Positions 25,056-34,668 of a DNA stretch of 42,003 nt are shown here, in pieces. Below the pieces are notes generated by a model, which saw only the letters and a list, made by a program, of their open reading frames with translations, had not been told where the DNA came from and searched no databases. The stretch is from Candidatus Peribacteria bacterium RIFCSPHIGHO2_02_FULL_51_15 (GTDB lineage Bacteria; Patescibacteriota; Gracilibacteria; Peribacterales; Peribacteraceae): the NCBI GenBank assembly GCA_001788965.1, contig MFXU01000014.1, forward strand, positions 1 through 42,003. Direction: 5' to 3'. Within the stretch, counting starts at the first letter, position 1. Every line of letters begins with the position of its first letter. A program made the translations under genes and the position numbers.

Positions 25056-25571
25056 ATGTTTCCGTCCATTTCATGCAGGGGGGAGAAAGTGTATTTGCGT
25101 CAGGCAAGGGAAGCGGATGTTCCGACTCTTGCGCAGTGGGTTGGTGACATGGAAATCATGAAGCATGTCACCATGCGCACATTCACGCTGGAGGAAGAAT
25201 ACATGTGGTTTCGTGAGATGAAGGACAATGCGGATGAGCGTGTGTTCTTCATTTGTCTTTCGGGAAACGACGAACTGATCGGTTCGTGTGGGATTCACGA
25301 TGCGCGGAATCCGACGGCCGTTGGCATCGGTCTCTTCATCGGTGACAGGACACAGTGGGGGATGGGGTACGGTACGGAGGCCGTGCAGCTGCTCCTGGAT
25401 CATATCCGGAAGGAATGCTGCGTTTCCCGCGTATGGCTCAGGGTTGATACGGTGAATCGGCCGGCGATACGGTGCTATGAAAAATGTGGGTTCAAGATCT
25501 ACGAACGACATAAAAACCCCGAGCGGATTTTCAGCAATGGCGAGGAGTATTTCATGGAACGTTTTTTCTGA
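25056..25571 (+). CDS. GNAT-family N-acetyltransferase (RimJ/RimL-like)
   Basis: 171-aa ORF with an acetyl-CoA binding-type segment WGMGYGTEAVQLLLDHI and C-terminal ...RCYEKCGFK. Confidence 0.8.
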   Translation: MFPSISCRGEKVYLRQAREADVPTLAQWVGDMEIMKHVTMRTFTLEEEYMWFREMKDNADERVFFICLSGNDELIGSCGIHDARNPTAVGIGLFIGDRTQWGMGYGTEAVQLLLDHIRKECCVSRVWLRVDTVNRPAIRCYEKCGFKIYERHKNPERIFSNGEEYFMERFF

Positions 25572-25607
25572 AGTGGTTTATTTTCCCATGATACACTGCG
25601 CTCTCTC

Positions 25608-27011
25608 ATGACAAAAAAGCCCATTTTTTCCGGCCTCAGCCGTTCGATGTTCGATCAGGCCAATCCTGCGCCGTACGCCAAGAGAGCGAAGCGGGGGGTG
25701 GACGAGGAGGTGGTGAGGCGGATCAGCGCGGACAAAAACGAGCCGGGATGGATGCTTAAGCACCGGCTTGATTCTTTGAAAGCTTATAACGAAAAGCCGC
25801 TGCCGATGTGGGGGCCGGACCTGAGTCGGCTCGATCTCAATAATATTATTTATTATGCGAGAACAGGTGCTGAGGAAACGGATGACTGGCGCGAGGTTCC
25901 TCCTGAAATTCGTCGGGTCTACGATCGTCTGGGAATCCCCGAAGCCGAACGCAGGTTTTTGGCCGGAGTCGGCGCCCAATACGAAAGCGAGGTGATTTAT
26001 CACCGGCTAAAAAAGGAGTGGAAGAAACTCGGCGTTATTTTTTTGGATTTGGATGTCGCACTCAGGCTCCACCCGGATCTGGTCCGGAAGTACTTTATGA
26101 CGTGCGTTCCGGCAACCGATCACAAATTCGCAGCGCTTCACGGTGCGGTCTGGTCCGGCGGGACTTTTTTATATGTGCCGCCAGGCGTGAAAGTCCGTGA
26201 GCCGCTGCAAGCCTATTTTCGTATGAACGCCAAAAACATGGGTCAGTTCGAACACACGCTGATCATCGCCGACGCAGGCTCCGAAGTGAGTTACATCGAG
26301 GGGTGCTCGGCCCCCAAATACGGCAGTCAGGCGCTTCATGCCGGACTTGTGGAAATTTTCGTCAAGCCCGGAGCCAAAGTCCGTTATTCATCGGTCGAAA
26401 ACTGGAGCCGCGACACTTACAATTTAAATACGAAACGGGCGATAGTCGAGCGCGACGGCACGATGGAGTGGATCGGCGGAAATATGGGATCGGGAACCAC
26501 CATGCTTTATCCCTGCAGCATGCTGGTTGGGGAAGGCGCCCGGTGCGATCACATGGCGCTGGCTTTTGCCAATAAAGACCAATGGCAGGACACCGGCACC
26601 AGAGTCATCCATCTGGCGCCGCATACTTCGAGCAAGGTCGTAAGCAAGTCAATAAGCAAAGAAGGCGGCGTCTGCATTTACCGCGGGCTTCTGAAAATCT
26701 CGCCGGAAGCGCATGACAGTACGGCGAGCGTTGAGTGTGATGCGCTGCTCCTCGATGAAAAAAGCCGGACCGATACGGTCCCCGACATTCAGGTGAAAAA
26801 CAATGACGTGACCGTCGCTCATGAAGCCCGGGTCGGGAAGCTCAGCGAGGAGGATCTCTTTTACCTCATGTCCCGCGGCATTTCCGAAGAAGAGGCCAAA
26901 GCCATGATCGTAAACGGGTTCATCGAGCCGATTGTCCGGATGCTGCCCCTGGAATATGCAGTGGAGATGAATCGACTGATTGAGATGGAAATGGAGGGAT
27001 CGGTGGGGTAA
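25608..27011 (+). CDS. sufB: Fe-S cluster assembly protein SufB
   Basis: 467-aa ORF with typical SufB blocks (GAVWSGGTFLYVPPGV, ...HEARVGKLSEEDLFYLMSRGISEEEAKAMIVNGF). Confidence 0.95.
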   Translation: MTKKPIFSGLSRSMFDQANPAPYAKRAKRGVDEEVVRRISADKNEPGWMLKHRLDSLKAYNEKPLPMWGPDLSRLDLNNIIYYARTGAEETDDWREVPPEIRRVYDRLGIPEAERRFLAGVGAQYESEVIYHRLKKEWKKLGVIFLDLDVALRLHPDLVRKYFMTCVPATDHKFAALHGAVWSGGTFLYVPPGVKVREPLQAYFRMNAKNMGQFEHTLIIADAGSEVSYIEGCSAPKYGSQALHAGLVEIFVKPGAKVRYSSVENWSRDTYNLNTKRAIVERDGTMEWIGGNMGSGTTMLYPCSMLVGEGARCDHMALAFANKDQWQDTGTRVIHLAPHTSSKVVSKSISKEGGVCIYRGLLKISPEAHDSTASVECDALLLDEKSRTDTVPDIQVKNNDVTVAHEARVGKLSEEDLFYLMSRGISEEEAKAMIVNGFIEPIVRMLPLEYAVEMNRLIEMEMEGSVG

Positions 27012-27017
27012 TCGGTT

Positions 27018-27219
27018 GTAACTGCTCACTGACCATGAGGGGTGCTGCCAATCTGGCCGCCTCACCCCCGGCCCCTCTCCCGCTGTGGCCCTGGAGAGGG
27101 GAGCTCCGCTTCACCTCCGAATGAAGTGTGATACGGATTCCTCTCTCCCCCATCGGGAGAGAGGTGGCGCCGCAGCGCCGGAGTGAGGGCGAATGGCCGC
27201 AAGGTCAGTGAGCAGTTAC
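27018..27219. mobile_element. MITE copy C
   Basis: Perfect 16-bp TIRs at both ends, starting 6 nt after the sufB stop. The interior is collinear with copy A. Only GGTT is shared by the two flanks, so there is no clear 8-bp TSD. Confidence 0.8.
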
Positions 27220-27230
27220 GGTTAAGTATG

Positions 27231-27259
27231 TTGTTAATTGAATAGAATTATGCTATAAT
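27231..27259 (+). promoter_or_regulatory. Predicted sigma70-type promoter with extended -10 (TTGTTA-17-TGcTATAAT)
   Basis: TTGTTA at 27231-27236, a 17-nt spacer whose last 3 nt are TGC, and TATAAT at 27254-27259. It sits 12 nt from the MITE C terminus and 29 nt upstream of ATG 27289. Confidence 0.5.
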
Positions 27260-27288
27260 ATATTCGATACAAATACCAATCACTTCCT

Positions 27289-28209
27289 ATGCAACTCGAG
27301 CAATTTAGCCCGCAGGAGGATTCAACCTCTAGGTGGCCAGATCCGGAACAGAAGATGGCGAAGAAGGATCTCGAAGATCTGAGAACAAAAATCGCTGAGC
27401 GTCCGGAGATGTCACTGCCGCAGTTTCTGCGCGGGAGCAAAGATCTCTTTCAGAAACGTCAATACAGTATTTGCAACCGACTCAATACATTGACGAAAAA
27501 GAGAGAAAAGCCCGGATGGACAAAGCGGGAAATCGCAAAATACGAAAATCTTACGAATGTTCTCAGCACCATAGAAGACGATGCCAGGAGAATTGAGAGC
27601 GACAAAGAGGAGAACAAAGAGGATGAGGGAGTGGAGTGGTTCACGGATAGTATGAATCTACTGCGCAAAGCGGAGAGGCTCATTGCCGATCTGGAAAAAG
27701 TGATCCACGCGGAGGAGAAGGACAAGGAAGGAGAAACGTCCTGGGTCACCTTTGAGCAGGAGCAGCGCTCTCTCTGGATGCAGTCGATGTTGACTTATGG
27801 GTTACCGACCGATCTCCTCAAAGACGGAAAGAATCCGGAGATCCAGACGCTCGCCGTGCCGGACAACGTCACCGTCACGACCATCGGAGGCGTGGATTTT
27901 CAGACCGTTGCTACGGAGGAGGAGTATAAGATTAAAGATCCAGTAAAGGATAAAAGGACGGATAGAGACCTGACGGCATTCGGCGAATATGCGCGCAAAA
28001 TCACGCAGTTCCGCAAGCTTATCCATCTCAAAATCCCGGAAGGTCAGACTCCGGTACTGAAGTTCGAGTGGGCGGACGCGTCGGGGCAACAAATGGAATG
28101 CACGGTTACCGGACGGCAGCGGGAGAATAAGAGTTGGATCTTCCAAATGGCTCAAGCCGGAACAGAAGATGGAGGGGGCAGGCGAGGGCGGAGAGGCTGG
28201 TTCCGCTGA
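27289..28209 (+). CDS. Orphan hypothetical protein (306 aa) inserted between sufB and sufD
   Basis: Long ORF with a charged, coiled-coil-like N-terminal half and a beta-rich C-terminal half. I recognise no family. Alternative start ATG 27355. Confidence 0.5.
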   Translation: MQLEQFSPQEDSTSRWPDPEQKMAKKDLEDLRTKIAERPEMSLPQFLRGSKDLFQKRQYSICNRLNTLTKKREKPGWTKREIAKYENLTNVLSTIEDDARRIESDKEENKEDEGVEWFTDSMNLLRKAERLIADLEKVIHAEEKDKEGETSWVTFEQEQRSLWMQSMLTYGLPTDLLKDGKNPEIQTLAVPDNVTVTTIGGVDFQTVATEEEYKIKDPVKDKRTDRDLTAFGEYARKITQFRKLIHLKIPEGQTPVLKFEWADASGQQMECTVTGRQRENKSWIFQMAQAGTEDGGGRRGRRGWFR

Positions 28210-28314
28210 TCTTCGGGGAAAATGAAGATCGAAGTCATCATAACGCTTATCGTGCGATTTTTTAATATTCTTCTGAGCTGGTGGAGCTGCACTTTTTCTT
28301 CCATACTTTAAGCG

Positions 28315-29163
28315 ATGAGGAAGACCACAATGAAGATGCGGCAATTTAAAAAATCCTTAGTGCTTATTCCCAAGGGCCAGGTGCGAAAAGAAGTACTGAA
28401 GCTTAGTAAGTGGCAATCGAGAATCGTTCTGGAGCCGGGATCGAAGGCAACCATTTTCGAGCGTGATATTTTCCCGTCGTCGGGGGGAGAGAAACGCGGT
28501 CCATTCGATGTCGATGTGACCATCGGCGAAAGAGCGGAACTCCATTATGTCGTCCTTGTAAATGGCGGGGAGGGGACTTCGAAGATCAGGCGTCGGAGCA
28601 CAGTGGAAGAGGGAGGTGTTATGCACTGGCACATCGTCACTCTCGGCGGGCATGGCGACCGGCATGAGCTCGTTTCGATGCTGGCAGGGAAGAACGCGAC
28701 GAGTTCCATCGATTGGATATTCTTCGTCTGCGGTGATGAGAAGCAGTGCGTCTCGGCATGCATGGTTTTCGCGGCTCCGGGCGGGAGAGGGGAGATCACG
28801 ATGAAAGGAATCGCGCAGGACCATGGATATATTCAATGTGACGGGAGGATCGAGATCTCGGAGCGGGGGAGCGGAGTCGAAACCTTTTTGACCCAAAAGT
28901 TTTTATTGCTCGATCCGACGGCGAAGATAGACGCGGTCCCGGCGCTGAAGATAAAAACCGACAATGTGAAAGCCAGCCACTCGGCGACGGTGTCGCGCGT
29001 GACGCCCGATGATCTTTTTTATATGAAATCGCGCGGGCTGGATGAATCTTCGGCCAGGAAAATGTTCGTCGAAGGATTTTTATCCGATCTCACCGAAAAA
29101 CTCCCGGATGAGCTGATCCGGGTGAAGATATTGGGGGCGATAAGGGAAGCGTACGAGCGATGA
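28315..29163 (+). CDS. sufD: Fe-S cluster assembly protein SufD (short form)
   Basis: 282-aa ORF with the SufBD C-terminal block KIDAVPALKIKTDNVKASHSATVSRVTPDDLFYMKSRGLDESSARKMFVEGF. Confidence 0.85.
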   Translation: MRKTTMKMRQFKKSLVLIPKGQVRKEVLKLSKWQSRIVLEPGSKATIFERDIFPSSGGEKRGPFDVDVTIGERAELHYVVLVNGGEGTSKIRRRSTVEEGGVMHWHIVTLGGHGDRHELVSMLAGKNATSSIDWIFFVCGDEKQCVSACMVFAAPGGRGEITMKGIAQDHGYIQCDGRIEISERGSGVETFLTQKFLLLDPTAKIDAVPALKIKTDNVKASHSATVSRVTPDDLFYMKSRGLDESSARKMFVEGFLSDLTEKLPDELIRVKILGAIREAYER

Positions 29164-29372
29164 GCTATGAGCTTAGAGCGATGAGCCAAAAAAATCCCCG
29201 TTTGGCGCGTTCAATCATCGAGCGAATGGATCCGGAGTTGATTGCCGATCAGCAGACACGCAAAGAGCGGGGGTTGCCGATGGAAAAAAATTTGTTAATT
29301 ATTCATCCTTCCGAAGGCACCGAATTCGTTCCATTGGCTCAAAGAAAAACTGAATTAAAAAGCCTTCAATAA
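29160..29372 (+). CDS. Hypothetical small protein (70 aa), doubtful
   Basis: ORF overlapping the sufD stop by 4 nt (ATGA). Its first codons run through the heptamer word tract 29155-29187. No recognisable family. Confidence 0.25.
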   Translation: MSYELRAMSQKNPRLARSIIERMDPELIADQQTRKERGLPMEKNLLIIHPSEGTEFVPLAQRKTELKSLQ

Positions 29373-29512
29373 GTCACTCTCGATTCACCGGGACGCCGCA
29401 TCCCGGCTGCGGGTTTCTATGAGAAACCGCAGGTCCACGTCGAACTCACAGCATTGTGTAACAGACCCCACTTCGCCCCGCTCGGCGTGGCTTCGCGGGG
29501 CAGGGAAAAGAT

Positions 29513-29536
29513 CTTCACAGCATCGTGTAACAGAGA
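29513..29536 (-). other. 3' half of the 16S rRNA processing stem
   Basis: TTCACAGCATCGTGTAACAGAGAA is the perfect reverse complement of 31381-31404. A degenerate second copy (CACAGCATTGTGTAACAGA) lies at about 29448-29466. Confidence 0.75.
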
Positions 29537-29704
29537 AAAAGGTAAAATTTCTTGCTTGCGGGCTCCGCTGCCTAGGGAATCCAGTACTCAAAAAAGAGAA
29601 CTGAATTCCGAGGGCAGGGAGAGTGTCCCCGCTCAATAATATGGTGCATGATGGCTCCTTTCGGATGACACTTGCCAGAGCATGCGACCAGAGATACTCC
29701 CTGG

Positions 29705-31257
<1,553 letters not shown>

Positions 31258-31380
31258 AGAAAAATTTGCTCCGCAGCGCTAGCGCGTGCGGAGTGGCTAA
31301 ACGGATTTTTTATACAGGGCCGTTTGTCCTGCCCCGCACGCGCTCGCGCGCTGCGGGGTTCAAAAAAAATGAGACCTTAA

Positions 31381-31404
31381 TTCTCTGTTACACGATGCTG
31401 TGAA
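31381..31404 (-). other. 5' half of the 16S rRNA processing stem
   Basis: 24-nt perfect complement of 29513-29536, bracketing the 16S gene in the way RNase III stems do. Confidence 0.75.
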
Positions 31405-31486
31405 TGAGCAACAGTCATTCACCCTGAGTGAGCCCCGAGTAAATCAGTAAATCGAAGGGCGAATCGAAGGGTGAAAGAGCCAAGGG

Positions 31487-31515
31487 ATTGTAGAGATGCG
31501 GTTTTGGGACGTCAA
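31487..31515 (-). promoter_or_regulatory. Predicted 16S rRNA promoter (TTGACG-17-TACAAT on the minus strand)
   Basis: The minus strand reads cTTGACGtcccaaaaccgcatctcTACAATccc. The -35 is at 31515-31510 and the -10 at 31492-31487, about 80 nt upstream of the processing stem. Confidence 0.55.
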
Positions 31516-31549
31516 GCGAGTTTCTTTCAATGTGCTAATCTAAAACTCA

Positions 31550-33106
31550 ATGCAGATATCACATCAAGACCGGCGCACACTCCCCTGGCTCGCTATCGTT
31601 TTTTGCGTATTGATTCTGGCTTTGATTTTGGGAGGACTGAGTGAGCCTGTGTCGTTTGACGACAGCCTACGGCATTTCATGATGGGAAAGCTGATGGCGG
31701 CGAGGGGAATCCTCGGCTTACGCGGCTGGAGCGAATGGTTTTTCGCCGGTTATCTTTTCGAACATCCGGTGGATCCGTGGTTCTTGTCCAACGTGCTTTA
31801 TATGCCATTTACCGGTTTCCCGATTGCCCAGGGTTTGCACCTTTATGCCTTGTTTTCCATAACCTTCCTCGCTTTTTGTTTTGTGCTGATACTGAAAAAC
31901 CTGGAGGTCAACCCGGTCATCTCCTCGTTGCTTGTTCTGCTTTTGATATTCGGCCATGAAGGCTTCCTTTTCAGGCTGCTTATCGCCAGGCCTTTTACCG
32001 TCATCACGGCGCTTACCGTACTTTTGATGCTGTTTATAATAAAAAAGAAAAATATCCCGGCGGGGATAACCATGGTTCTTCTGGTCATGCTTTCCCATAT
32101 TTTCGTTTTCCCGCTGGGAGTCGCTTTGATCGGCGTCTTTTTGTCGTATATGAATAAAAACAAACAAAAGAGCCTTTCGCTTTTTGCCGCCGTTTCGGTC
32201 GGCACTTTAGTCGGATTTTTTCTGCATCCGGAGCCGATCGAGTACCTGAAATATATGGGACTGGTTTTCTTCAGGACGCCATTCATGAATTTCCCGGACC
32301 GCGCCACCGAACTAAGCGGGGGACTGGGTGAAGGGGGGATTATTTTCGTAATTACAGCCGTGATAGTTTTGTTGCATTTTTTGATTATCTTTAACCGAAA
32401 AGTAAGACAGAAGGATCTTTTTGTTTTGCTGTTCCTGGACTTTGTCGCGGTTTTTTTCCTGGCCCAGTTTATGCTCTGGGCCAGATCGATGGATTTTCTT
32501 TGGCCGGCGCTGCTGGTTTTGGCCGGTTGGCTGACCACATACTTTGCGGATCCTTTCGGGAAGCTGAGTGAGCTGTTTTCCCAAAAAAGGCACGCTATCG
32601 GAGCTCTGACCGCAGCCTTCACCTTGTTTGTGTGTTTCGTTTCGACGGTTCCGCTGGCGCTCGCCATTAATTTTTCGGACAAGAACCACTCACTGAATTT
32701 TTATAAGCAGGCATTCGCCAATGTGGAACCTAGCGCGCGCATACTTCCGGTTCGATGGGATTGGTTCTCGCCGTCGGTGGCGGTGCGGCCGGATCTCAAA
32801 TACGCCCGAGGAATCGATCCGCTTTTCGATTACGCTTCAAACTCCGGAGCGTACGCCCTGATGGCCGCGGTATTCCCGACGCGTTTTCCGGAAACGCGGC
32901 AATACATCGATGCCGAAGGCTGGCTGGAAGCTTCACTAAAAGTTTATCCGTCGGACTATCTGATGCTTTCGGCCGAGCGCTATGCGCCGATCATCAAATC
33001 GATAAAAAAGCTCGGGTATGAGGATGTGTCACAGAGCGAGAAATGGGCGGTGTTTGACGTTAAAAAAATAAATGGATTGGGCGATAAATCGAAAAAGTCT
33101 GAGTAA
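31550..33106 (+). CDS. Polytopic membrane protein, possibly a GT-C-fold glycosyltransferase
   Basis: 518-aa ORF with about 11-13 hydrophobic segments, an acidic motif in the first loop (SFDDSLRH) and a soluble C-terminal ~150 aa. The functional call is weak. Confidence 0.7.
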   Translation: MQISHQDRRTLPWLAIVFCVLILALILGGLSEPVSFDDSLRHFMMGKLMAARGILGLRGWSEWFFAGYLFEHPVDPWFLSNVLYMPFTGFPIAQGLHLYALFSITFLAFCFVLILKNLEVNPVISSLLVLLLIFGHEGFLFRLLIARPFTVITALTVLLMLFIIKKKNIPAGITMVLLVMLSHIFVFPLGVALIGVFLSYMNKNKQKSLSLFAAVSVGTLVGFFLHPEPIEYLKYMGLVFFRTPFMNFPDRATELSGGLGEGGIIFVITAVIVLLHFLIIFNRKVRQKDLFVLLFLDFVAVFFLAQFMLWARSMDFLWPALLVLAGWLTTYFADPFGKLSELFSQKRHAIGALTAAFTLFVCFVSTVPLALAINFSDKNHSLNFYKQAFANVEPSARILPVRWDWFSPSVAVRPDLKYARGIDPLFDYASNSGAYALMAAVFPTRFPETRQYIDAEGWLEASLKVYPSDYLMLSAERYAPIIKSIKKLGYEDVSQSEKWAVFDVKKINGLGDKSKKSE

Positions 33107-33368
33107 TTGTTAAATTGTTAAATTGCTATATTGCTATATTGTTTGCATGCATCGAATTTAGTTTGTGCCTGCTGATACCACTTCGCGTTTAAAACGTTCT
33201 TAATCAGACGCGCTGGCGGTATGGAGTTCTTGGCTTGAGTAAACGCTACGCGGTACGAGATGATGCCGTTACGAATGACCGATTAGTTATGTTTTAAATG
33301 CAAAATGGTATGACAATATGGCAATATGGCAATATGACAATATGACAATATGACAATATAACAATTTG
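33105..33368. repeat. Octamer-word palindromic element with a nested 135-bp MITE
   Basis: Left arm 33105-33141 is aattgtta aattgtta aattgcta tattgcta tattg. Right arm 33312-33368 is gacaatat ggcaatat ggcaatat gacaatat x3 aacaattt. The MITE sits in the loop. Confidence 0.85.
33176..33310. mobile_element. 135-bp MITE, copy 2 (identical to 5345-5479), flanked by TGA/TGA
   Basis: Identical sequence by eye. 3-bp direct repeats TGA at 33173-33175 and 33311-33313. Confidence 0.75.
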
Positions 33369-33431
33369 TTACGGCTTGACTGAATTCAGACGTAAATCCG
33401 AATTTGTTGAACCATTAATTCCAATTTTCAA

Positions 33432-33460
33432 TTGTCAATTGTCAATTCTGTCGTTATAGT
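33432..33460 (+). promoter_or_regulatory. Predicted rpsF promoter (TTGTCA-17-TATAGT)
   Basis: TTGTCA at 33432-33437 (part of the CAATTGT heptamer tract), a 17-nt spacer, and TATAGT at 33455-33460, 88 nt upstream of the rpsF ATG. Confidence 0.45.
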
Positions 33461-33547
33461 CTCCCAGCAATTCCTCCCCCCGGCTTGGCCGGGGCGAGTT
33501 CTACCCACCCATTCGACAAGCTCAGGGTGGATTCCATCCAAGAATCT

Positions 33548-34102
33548 ATGCCGACACTGACACCATCCAGCGAAGACGTGCGCGTGTATGAAGTGGCGAT
33601 AATGTATCAGAGCGACTTGGACCAGAAGGCCGAGTCGGATCTGCTCAAGGAAACAGCCGCTCTTTTCGATGAAGCCAAAGGGCGGATTTTGTTTCAGGAT
33701 CCCTGGAGCAAGCGCGGACTGGCTTACAAGATACGGGGATTCACCGAGGCGAAATTCGTGATCAGCTATCTGGAGGTGCCGCCCGAAAACATACGCGAAC
33801 TCGACCGCCTGCTCCGCCTGCAAAAAGGCATCTTGCGGCACTTGATCGTGATACCGCCCGCCGGGTATGAAGCGGTGAGCTTCGAGGACCGCTACCAGAC
33901 GTGGCTCAAGACGCGGGAGACGGCAGCCGAAACCCAGATGCACAAGAAAGAAGAAAGACTCAGACAAACTGTGGCCGAGCATGCCAAGCGGACAACGAAG
34001 CGGATGGAATCGAAGAAACAGGCGCCGGTAGAGCCGCTCAAAGCGAAAGAACTGGATGAGCAGATCGAAAAACTCATTTCCGACGCCGATCTAAAGCTCT
34101 AG
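33548..34102 (+). CDS. rpsF: 30S ribosomal protein bS6 with a long charged C-terminal extension
   Basis: YEVAIMYQSDLD...WSKRGLAYKIRGFTEAKFVISYLE...LRLQKGILRHLIV is the bS6 core, followed by a ~75-aa K/E-rich tail. ATG 33548 was chosen. Confidence 0.88.
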   Translation: MPTLTPSSEDVRVYEVAIMYQSDLDQKAESDLLKETAALFDEAKGRILFQDPWSKRGLAYKIRGFTEAKFVISYLEVPPENIRELDRLLRLQKGILRHLIVIPPAGYEAVSFEDRYQTWLKTRETAAETQMHKKEERLRQTVAEHAKRTTKRMESKKQAPVEPLKAKELDEQIEKLISDADLKL

Positions 34103-34144
34103 TGCTTTCTCTGTTTTAAAAATTTAGCAATTTAACAATTTTTT

Positions 34145-34375
34145 ATGGCCGCCACTCAGCAAAAGTCCAAGCCTACAAAAAAATCCTGTCCTTTTGACCG
34201 GACCGGAGTCAGGTATCTGGACTACAAGGACTTTCCGACGCTCAAGCCTTACATCGATTACTTCGGCAATATCCGGAAACGTTATTATTCCGGGCTTTGC
34301 CTGAAGCATCAGAAGCTACTGAAGAACGCAGTCGAGCGGGCGAGATTTATGGGGGTTTTGGCTTATAGGAAGTAG
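34145..34375 (+). CDS. rpsR: 30S ribosomal protein bS18
   Basis: CPFDRTGVRYLDYKDFPTLKPYI...GNIRKRYYSGLCLKHQKLLKNAVERARFMGVLAY. Confidence 0.92.
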   Translation: MAATQQKSKPTKKSCPFDRTGVRYLDYKDFPTLKPYIDYFGNIRKRYYSGLCLKHQKLLKNAVERARFMGVLAYRK

Positions 34376-34392
34376 ATACAACTTTATCACAA

Positions 34393-34556
34393 CCTCATCC
34401 CCAGCCCTTCTCCTTTGCGAAGGAGAAGGGAGTTGTTTTGTTTTTGTTTTGTTTAAAAAAAGTTGTAAACAAAACAATAAAAAACAAACAGTTCCCCTCT
34501 CCTGCGCTTCACGTTCGATAAATATATGGTGCGCAGGAGAGGGGTTAGGGGTGAGG
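34393..34556. repeat. Palindromic element built from CCTCAYCCC-N-CCCYTCTCC modules
   Basis: The ends CCTCATCCCCAGCCCTTCTCC and GGAGAGGGGTTAGGGGTGAGG are inverted (about 17/21). Internal hairpins are CCCTTCTCC/GGAGAAGGG and CCCCTCTCCTGCGC/GCGCAGGAGAGGGG. Confidence 0.7.
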
Positions 34557-34581
34557 TCGGATAGGAAGAAAGGCATAAGAA

Positions 34582-34615
34582 AATGCCCAGGTCCCCTCGC
34601 GGGGTCTTGGGCATT
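34582..34615 (-). terminator. Hairpin terminator downstream of the giant surface-protein gene
   Basis: AATGCCCAGGTCCCC TCGC GGGGTCTTGGGCATT, a long GC-rich stem 54 nt after the stop at 34669, followed by TTTT on the minus strand. Confidence 0.6.
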
Positions 34616-34668
34616 AGTGCTCATCTTAACAATCGGTTCCCTTGTAAAAAAAGAACCTCACCGACGAC

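Noticed and set aside
33105-33368. Possible CRISPR array, given the short tandem repeats.
   Set aside because: The repeat period is only 7-9 nt with no spacers. The arms are inverted copies of each other, and there are no cas genes in the window.
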